A stretch of 64,000 nucleotides of DNA, taken from contig CM119270.1 in assembly GCA_051294375.1 (NCBI GenBank), positions 20,067,160-20,131,159 on the forward strand. Reading direction: 5' to 3'. The notes under the pieces are model-generated. The model saw only the letters and a program-made list of their open reading frames with translations, was not told where the DNA came from and ran no database searches. Shown here one piece after another: positions 55,085-64,000 of the stretch. The position numbers and the translations under genes were made by a program. Origin of the DNA: Paraspadella gotoi. Taxonomy: Eukaryota; Animalia; Chaetognatha. Each line of letters opens with the position of its first letter. Position 1 is the first letter of the stretch.

Positions 55085-55350
55085 GAAACCAAAAATGGCG
55101 ACTGGGGATCAAAGATGGCGACGGGTGCATAAAAGTTGGCGGCGGGAGGATCAGAGATGGCGTTGGTGGATCAAAGATGGTGGCGGGAGATCAGAGATGG
55201 CGGAAGGAAGATCAAAGATGGCGGCGGGAGGGAGATGGCGCGGAGGATCAAGATGGCTGCGGAGGTTCAGAGATGGCGGAAAGAGGATCAAAGATGGCGG
55301 CGGAGGATCAGAGATGGCGTTAGATGAATCAAAGATGGCGGCGGGTTGAT
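55085..55350. repeat. ~20-bp minisatellite made of AAGATGGCGG/GAGATGGCGG (YY1/Pho-type) motifs, ~13 units
   Basis: ggatcaaagatggcggcgg alternates with ggatcagagatggcgg, giving a ~40-bp higher-order unit. Confidence 0.85.
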
Positions 55351-56180
55351 CAAATATTACTTTCCCCTTAATCACCAAAAGATAACCGGGAATGGGTTGA
55401 ATGGGTCCAATCGTTCTATCACAGCGATTATCTCTTTCTCTCGGTGCCATTCCATTGTCTTCCACATAAATCTCTTTCTTTTGTTTCATCTTGCTTTGCT
55501 TTGCCTACCCATTCCCCAGATATTACCATTCCATCCAGTGAATATTTAATACTTTTTGTTAACTGCTCATCATTTATCCCTTCTCTCTCTTTCCCTTTCT
55601 CATAAAATCGTAATTTTCTTTACTCTCATTTCCTGTCCTTTCCTTTATTGCAATCTTTCTCTCTCACTTTTCTTTCCTTTCTTTCTCTACCTTTCCCTTC
55701 CATTCCTTTTACTTCCATTCGAATCTGATGACATAAGACGAGACGAGACGCCGATCAGGGGTTCAGTCTTGAGCGATGGCGTCGCGTATCAGGCTTATCA
55801 GGCGATGTAAACCAAACAATGCTCAGATATATATATATATATATGGTAACATGCATCAATAACCGTGTCTGTTCGATACAACCCAATACTGGGTCACACG
55901 ATCCGACGCAGTGCGCAGAGTGACACTGTCAAGCGCAGCATGACACGATCCGACGCAGCGGAGTGCTCCCTTATGCAGCGTGACACGCAGCTTGACACTA
56001 TGCGACGTAACGTCTCGCGTTACGACAGTCAAATTTAATTCCCAGAAATGAGATGATGCTTGTCGTCGTTGTTGTTGTCGTTGTTGTTGTTGTTGTTTTC
56101 TCGACGAATGTAATTAATTGTGGGAAATGAAAGGCTCATCCGACCTAAATTAGGAGCTTTGCCTTTTATCCGGTTGAGGG

Positions 56181-56267
<87 letters not shown>

Positions 56268-57385
56268 AGAGAGATAGAGAGTCATGTTCGTGTTCCATCA
56301 TCGGTCATTTTTTGTCGTTTATTTTTATCCTCGTTTCTCGCGTCCAAATGGGAAAAGGGTTTCCCGAGGCGGTGTCGCGTCGGCGGCGGCTGCGGCGCTG
56401 GCAGCGGCGCCATTTTAAACGGACGGCGTCCTTTTCCATTTGGCGGCGTCGACCGCTGATGATCGTTGGAATAGAATCATGAGTTAAATGGTGAGAATTG
56501 GCGGGAATATTGCTGAGATATATTCTCTGTCTTAAGTGAAAAAATTAAATATTTAAAGTGGAGTATTGACCCTAAAACTAATTAAGCCAAAACTGAATAG
56601 TAATTTTGTGGAGGGCATTGCTTAGGATCACCCTCGCAATCACTCACCAATTCTTTAGTCGCGACCACAAAGTCCCTCGCTCTGTCCGCCGAACTGAAAC
56701 GCATCTGCGCCTTGAAACGACCTCAGGCCGGTTTTATAACTGCGAGAGGGGATTCAAATATTAAAGCAAAGTCAAAGACCAAAAGTAAATGCTATTTAAA
56801 AAGACTCAATATTGCAATACTTTATTAATAAAAAATAATTGGTGTATGTATGTATATTTTACCGTTTTTTTACTTCGGTCTTTTCGTTTTCAAAAATCAT
56901 AAATTTAATCAAAATGCAAAATGAGACGTCATATAGCTGACAGATTTTTATTCGCCCCTGATATTTATTTNNNNNNNNNNNNNNNNNNNNCCTGATATTT
57001 ATTTGGCCCTGATATCAGCCTAAATTGAGAAAAGATGGCGTCATTATCACCACCCGACCTTTAATACCGACAAAAAAAAACTTGACAATCCATATTCGAC
57101 GTCAACCAAAAAAAAAAAAAANNNNNNNNNNNNNNNNNNNNNNNNNGGGAAAAACGAATGAATCTTCGTTGATCATTCCGTCGAGACTTCTCCCCACCAA
57201 CTCCCCCCCGCATCCCCCCCCAGCAGCCAAAGATGATGGTGCTGTTGCTGTGGCTGATGGAGAGTTACTCGCTGACGTCCACGTCAAAAGAGATGACGGG
57301 ATAATTAAAAACGAGTCTCCCCCTTTCCATATAAATCTGAACAAATGACGAAAAAAAAGTCGCGCTGAGGAATCGATTAGATGTC

Positions 57386-57426
<41 letters not shown>

Positions 57427-57794
57427 AGAGGAGGAGGGAAGAAGAAGGGGGGAGTAGTTACGATGCGGCTTATGAATTATATAATTTAATTCGCAACTTT
57501 TAAATAAAGGTATTAACAAAATGATTATCGTCCTAGATCGAGCGAACGAAGAAACCGCTAGGAAAACATGGAAGCATGGAAAAGGAAGAGGACGGAAAGA
57601 ACGGAAGCCTAGAATAGCATGGCAAAGGGGATTGAAGCGTGAACAAGGTCGGAGGTGGAAAGATTAACATGGAACAGGGATCGAACTGACGATCACGTGA
57701 TCCGGTCGCGTGAAAATTTTTATCGACTTTTTATCGTCAACGGTGAAGTCAACAATCATGGCGACGACAAGGATCGACAAACACTCCGATGGTA

Positions 57795-58231
57795 CGACGA
57801 TGATGACGAAAGAAGATGATGACAAAGACGAAGATAATGACGAAGAAGATGATGACAAAGACGAAGTTTGATGACGACGAAGATGATGATGAAGAAGATG
57901 ATGACAAATACAAAGATGATGACAAAGACGAAGACGATGACAAAGACGAAGATGAAGACGAAGAAGATGATAACGACGAAGATGATGACAAAGACGAAGA
58001 CAATGACGATGATAAGCTGCGACGATGATAATGAAACGAGGATAATGATACTCATCAAGGCCACGACGACACAAGACGCTGACAAAGACAATACGAAGAC
58101 GAAGACGATTGACGATAATGACAACGATATTTGAGATAAAGACGTGAAGACAAAACAAAGATCATTATAATTAGACGACAGTGACAATAATTAGCAACAA
58201 ATGAAAACGACGATGACGACGACCTTAAGAA

Positions 58232-58270
<39 letters not shown>
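57795..58270. repeat. Compound (GAY/GAA/GAC)n trinucleotide low-complexity tract
   Basis: gatgacaaagacgaagat-type units; generates Asp-rich and Ser-rich ORFs in several frames. Confidence 0.85.
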
Positions 58271-58405
58271 CACTTTCACTTCCAAATACGGTGGAACGAA
58301 TTCTAATGACAAATTATTTCGACTGGATGGTCCGATTCGTCAAGGCTCAAGTTGGTAAGGCAAAGGTGAGGGAAGGGTAACGAAAGCGTCTGGTAGCTCG
58401 GGGAA

Positions 58406-58493
<88 letters not shown>

Positions 58494-59676
58494 ACCCTAC
58501 GAGAATTTATTTCACGTTCGGCTATATTAGAAAACACGACGGATGGTCAATAAACGAAGAACCAACGAGCCCAATCAGAAACGAGGAAGAACCAACCAGT
58601 CGAGTTTGGTCCGGAAATGTTTTTCCTTTTAGTTGCGCGGTGAGTACTCGGGGAAGCAACTCTATAACTAACTTTTCGGTCGGTCGGTCAGTCGGTAGGT
58701 CAGTACGTTGATCTGTCATACTTACATTTTTAAAACCGATAATTTTTGGTAAAAAGGTATGGTACCATTCGTCCATATGTCCCGTTAGTCACGTGATCAC
58801 TTATCACATATCCAGTCATTTTAGTTAATATTACAGACTGCAGACTGCAGACTGGTAAATGTGGCATATTTTATGTAAAGTCTTGTTGTTCTAGTTAAAA
58901 CGTTGGAAAGAAGAGATCAACCATAGGTCGTTTGTTATACATACATTAATAATTATGTAGTCCTGTGATCACTAAGAAAAGAAAGCCTCTGCGGCGCAAA
59001 ACATTGATGGACCCATCTTGCTCTTCTTTTTTTGTTTTAAGGAAAAAGAACAAGAACGTTAGCGCCATAATGACTTTATATTCATATTTTATTTCTCTTT
59101 GAATCATATATGGACATTACATGACATGACATGACCTTACAAACATTCTTTCGCCACTGCAGTCCAAATTTCTATCTTTTATTGCTTCTTTAGTTTTAAG
59201 ATTCCTGAAACACGGCGCAAGCACTCCACTCGTTAGTTCTTTTAGTTAAAAAATCGAGCAACCACACTATAGGCAAATATACATCATTTCTTAACTACAA
59301 GTGGGCAGACCGACGGACAGATATACTGGACAGGGACCGACAGACGTCCGACCGACAGACCGAGCCGCCGAAAAGTGACTTAGTAGGAAGTGTGGCTGGC
59401 CGCGAGATTACCGCGAGGCATACTAAAAAGAAGGTTTAAAAAAGAGCATCTCTCTCCTTAAAGACCGCTCGTTGGTGCGTGGTTGGTTGTTATTATGTGT
59501 GTGCGTCGGTTTCGACGAAGCGAAAAATGTGTTTTTGTGTGCGGGAAACAAACGTGGGTGTGGTTTCGCGAGTCGGAGAGTAACGCGAGCAAAAACGGGC
59601 GACGGAGTAATTAGTCGGCTTTCTTTGACTTCTCGTGTCCTCTCTCTCTCTCTCTCTCTTGCTCTCTCTCTCTCTC

Positions 59677-59712
<36 letters not shown>

Positions 59713-60923
59713 GTCTCTCTCTTTGTAAACATCTTTTACTTGCTGATAATAAATTTCAATGGTTAAATTTCACGGTTGAATTAAATTTTTAATGTATGGA
59801 GTTTCAATTTCCAATATTTACAATGTTATGACTATGAATTTTATGTATTTTTTCACATATTTTTTTCATTTTTACACATAATTTTTATAATAATTTGAAT
59901 GTTAAATCATGGACCTTTTTGTACCACGCTCTTGTGGTGTCAAAGGCAATTTGCTTGACTGGTTTGTTTTGGCCCAAACGACCCCAACTCGATAGATGGA
60001 GCGGCCTTGTGATAAATTCGTGAACGATCACGACGAAAGGAGAGGGTCATTTCCGATCACAGAATTCGCCATCAAAAAAATCTCACGTTTTCTTTCATTT
60101 CCTATTTTTTTCTTTCTTTTTGAACCGTGAAAAATAAGGGAAAACTACTGGGGGGTGAAATCGATTGTATTAGTTTAGCAAATTGCAAAAAAGTGGAAAC
60201 GGTAGAAATCACTTTGATGTATCATTATCATGAGAATAAAACGGTGACGGTGAGACACGCGAGACACACAGTCCAGATCATTTCTACTGAAACTAAGGAA
60301 AGCTAAATCTATTTATATCTAGAGAGGAGGATCGAAGGCATGATATATTTGACAGTTCCATTGGTTCTGCAAGCTGCTTGGTCGACGAAGATGATGATGA
60401 AGAAGATGATGACAAATACAAAGATGATGACAAAGACGAAGACGATGACAAAGACGAAGATGAAGACGAAGAAGATGATAACGACGAAGATGATGANNNN
60501 NNNNNNNNNNNNNNNNNNNNNNNNNNNNNNNNNNNNNNNNNNNNNNNNNNNNNNNNNNNNNNNNNNNNNNNNNNNNNNNNNNNNNNNNNNNNNNNNNNNN
60601 NNNNNNNNNNNNNNNNNNNNNNNNNNNNNNNNNNNNNNNNNNNNNNNNNNNNNNNNNNNNNNNNNNNNNNNNNNNNNNNNNNNNNNNNNNNNNNNNNNNN
60701 NNNNNNNNNNNNNNNNNNNNNNNNNNNNNNNNNNNNNNNNNNNNNNNNNNNNNNNNNNNNNNNNNNNNNNNNNNNNNNNNNNNNNNNNNNNNNNNNNNNN
60801 NCGATAATGACAACGATATTGAAGATAAAGACGGTGAAGACAAAACAAAGATCATTATAATTAGACGACAGTGACAATAATTAGGACAACAATGAAAACG
60901 ACGATGACGACGACCTTAAAGAA

Positions 60924-60962
<39 letters not shown>

Positions 60963-62387
60963 CACTTTCACTTCCAAATACGGTGGAACGAATTCTAATG
61001 ACAAATTATTTCCGACTGGATGGTCGATTCGTCAAGGCTCAAGTTGGTAAGGCAAAGGTGAGGGAAGGGTANNNNNNNNNNNNNNNNNNNNNNNNNNNNN
61101 NNNNNNNNNNNNNNNNNNNNNNNNNNNNNNNNNNNNNNNNNNNNNNNNNNNNNNNNNNNNNNNNNNNNNNNNNNNNNNNNNNNNNNNNNNNNNNNNNNNN
61201 NNNNNNNNNNNNNNNNNNNNNNNNNNNNNNNNNNNNNNNNNNNNNNNNNNNNNNNNNNNNNNNNNNNNNNNNNNNNNNNNNNNNNNNNNNNNNNNNNNNN
61301 NNNNNNNNNNNNNNNNNNNNNNNNNNNNNNNNNNNNNNNGTCGGTCGGTCAGTCGGTAGGTCAGTACGTTGATCTGTCACACTTACATTTTAAAAACCGA
61401 TAATTTTGGTAAAAAGGTATGGTACCATTCGTCCATATGTCCCGTTAGTCACGTGATCACTTATCACATATCCAGTCATTTTAGTTAATATTACAGACTG
61501 CAGACTGCAGACTGGTAAATGTGGCATATTTTATGTAAAGTCTTGTTGTTCTAGTTAAAACGTTGGAAAGAAGAGATCAACCATAGGTCGTTTGTTATAC
61601 ATACATTTAATAATTATGTAGTCCTGTGATCACTAAGAAAAGAAAGCCTCTGCGGCGCAAAACATTGGATGGACCCATCTTGCTCTTTCTTTTTTGTTTT
61701 AAGGAAAAAGAACAAGAACGGTAATTCCAATGTTTTGCGCCATAATGACTTTATATTCATATTTATTTCTCTTTGATCATATATGACATTACATGACATG
61801 ACATGACTTACAAACATTCTTTGCACTGCATCCAAATTTCCATCTTTTATTGCTTTTAGTTTTAGGAATTCCTAAAGACGGCGCAAGCACTCTGTCTTAA
61901 AAAATGAGCAACCAACTATAGGCAAATTATATTTTTAACATAAGTGGGACAGACCGACGGACAGATATACTGACGGACCGACCGACAGACCGACCGACAG
62001 ACCGACCGACCGAAAAGTGACTTATAGAGTTGCTCCGCGATTACTCGCGGTGCAACTAAAAAGAAGGTTTAAAAATAGATGCATCTCTCTCTTAAAGACG
62101 CTCGTTGTCGTTGTTGTTGTTATTAGTTGTCGTTTTCGTNNNNNNNNNNNNNNNNNNNNNNNNNNNNNNNNNNNNNNNNNNNNNNNNNNNNNNNNNNNNN
62201 NNNNNNNNNNNNNNNNNNNNNNNNNNNNNNNNNNNNNNNNNNNNNNNNNNNNNNNNNNNNNNNNNNNNNNNNNNNNNNNNNNNNNNNNNNNNNNNNNNNN
62301 NNNNNNNNNNNNNNNNNNNNNNNNNNNNNNNNNNNNNNNNNNNNNNNNNNNNNNNNNNNNNNNNNNNNNNNNNNNNNNNNNNNNNNN

Positions 62388-62425
<38 letters not shown>

Positions 62426-63080
62426 ACATTCTTTTTACTTGCTGATAATAAATTTCAATGGTTAAATTTCACGGTTGAATTAAATTTTAATGTATGAGTT
62501 CAATTTTCCATATTTACAATGTTTATGACTATGATATTTTATGTATTTTTCACATATTTTTTTCATTTTTACACGTATTTTTATAATAATTTGAATGTTA
62601 AATCATGACCTTTTTGTACCACGCTCTTGTGGGTGGTCAGGCAATTTGCTTGACTGGTTTGTTTTTGGCCCAAACGACCCCAACTCGATAGATGGAGCGG
62701 CCTTGTGATAAATTCGTGAACGATTCACGCGAAAGGAGAGGATCATTTCCGATCACAGAATTCGCCATCAAAAATCTCACGTTTTCTTTCTTTTCCTATT
62801 TTTTTCTTTCTTTTTGAACCGTGAAAATAAAGGGAAAACTACTGGGGGGTGAAATCGATTGTATTAGTTTAGCAAATTGCAAAAAAAGTGAAAACGGTAG
62901 AAATCACTTTGATTATCATTATCATGAGAATAAAACGGTGACGGTGAGACACGCGAGACACACAGTCCAGATCATTTCTACTGAAACTAAGGAAAGCTAA
63001 ATCTATTTATATCAAGAGAGGAGGATCGAAGTCATGATATATTTTGACAGTTCCATTGGTTCTGCAAGCTGATTGGTCGA
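57876..63080. repeat. Tandem duplication of ~2.5-2.7 kb (57876-60383 / 60384-63080); second copy contains N-gaps
   Basis: Both copies start gacgaagatgatgatgaagaagatg and end ctgcaagctg.ttggtcga. The gaps in copy 2 cover the low-complexity tracts that are filled in copy 1. Confidence 0.93.
61710..62060 (+). mobile_element. Copy of the same Helentron/DINE-like family
   Basis: Shares aagaacggtaattc, atgacatgacat, ctataggcaaattat, the gaccgac tract and the gagttgctccgcga...gcaactaaaa hairpin with 21100-21545. Confidence 0.65.
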
Positions 63081-63449
63081 TTCCGATTCCGCCTCGACCA
63101 ATCATAATTCGACGATTCCGATTCTGCAGAGATCGCCCGATCCTTCGATCCGATTCTGCTTTGGGTTATGTTGATTCTCCTGCGACGTTATTATCAAGTA
63201 AATAAATTTTAATTGTTTAGAGAACTACCTTCACCTTCTGTAAACGTGTGTACATTTTCTGTAAATGATGACGACCCCATAATTTTCATTCCCTATTTTT
63301 TCTACTTTCTACTTTCTATTTTTTCTATTTAAAAAAAATATTCCTTTCTTTCTTTGCTCTTTTTTTTTTCTTTTAAATGTTTTTTTTTCATTGGATAAAT
63401 CGTTGGAAAGAGATTCGCTCTAATTCCCATACTGACTCTCTCTCTCTCT

Positions 63450-63520
<71 letters not shown>

Positions 63521-64000
63521 CCTCTCTCTCTCCTCTCTCCATCCCATTTCCCCAATTTTCATTCTCCCCCTCTCATTTTTTCCTTTCCTCATCGTCCGTT
63601 AATCTTCCTTGACGAGATCGATCAACACCGACAAAGAGAGAAAAAAAAGAAAAAACTGATAAGATAAGCGAAGGTTTGAGTTTGGACGAGAGTTGAGTAA
63701 GCGGACATTAGACAAGTCGGTAAGTGGACTGAAGAGTTCTCACCGCAACTTCTTTAACCCCTCTAGGCCATGGAGCGGGTCCTGGGCTTGGAAGCTGGCT
63801 TGAAGGTGCTCCATGCCACCCAAGGCGCTTCACGGCGCCCTCACGCTTTCCTGCCCGGTAGGTACCATTGGGGAAACGATCCCGCTACCTAATGATTATG
63901 AGCTGATGGGTTTAGTAATAATCTTAGGATCAACCGTCTTTTCCTGACTTATCTCATTCGAAATAGCGCGCATTGAACGGGAACGAACTCGAGATGTTTT

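Noticed and set aside
57148-57345. Complex ORFs next to an N gap (IYMERGRLVFNYPVISFDVDV etc.)
   Set aside because: There is a possible minus-strand acceptor but no canonical donor or recognisable family; cannot be supported.
57816-58134. Asp-rich ORF containing a FLAG-like KYKDDDK
   Set aside because: Chance product of a GAY/GAA trinucleotide tract; not the exact DYKDDDDK tag and no vector context.

Overview
Eukaryotic (animal, probably invertebrate) genomic DNA: AT-rich, GT-AG spliced genes, many (AG)n/(GATT)n/(ACG)n microsatellites, and N-gaps. Most entries in the ORF track are low-complexity noise. By assembling exons by hand I can support two complete genes. One is a CNBP-like CCHC zinc-knuckle/RGG protein (+, 3693-5754, 7 coding exons, 247 aa). 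The other is a GT31 beta-1,3-galactosyltransferase-like type II membrane protein with a long mucin-like stem (-, 39166-42963, 6 exons, 542 aa). Two partial genes are also visible: a probable CD225/dispanin-family gene running off the left edge (-, ~198-1750), head-to-head with CNBP, and a first coding exon resembling a copine C2A N-terminus (+, 11835-11905, repeated at 16386-16456). I could not find the copine exon's partners, so the GT31 gene may be nested in its intron. Four large near-identical tandem duplications (~4.5, 0.6, 5.5 and 2.6 kb) look like assembly or haplotype artefacts. Repeats include a 51-bp CpG-rich satellite, a YY1/Pho-motif minisatellite, Helentron/DINE-like and tRNA-SINE-like elements, and a dispersed ~150-bp family. 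I see no convincing wholly new biological system. The best leads are the internally duplicated 8-knuckle/2-RGG CNBP, the satellite/GT31 cassette between direct repeats, and the YY1-site array.
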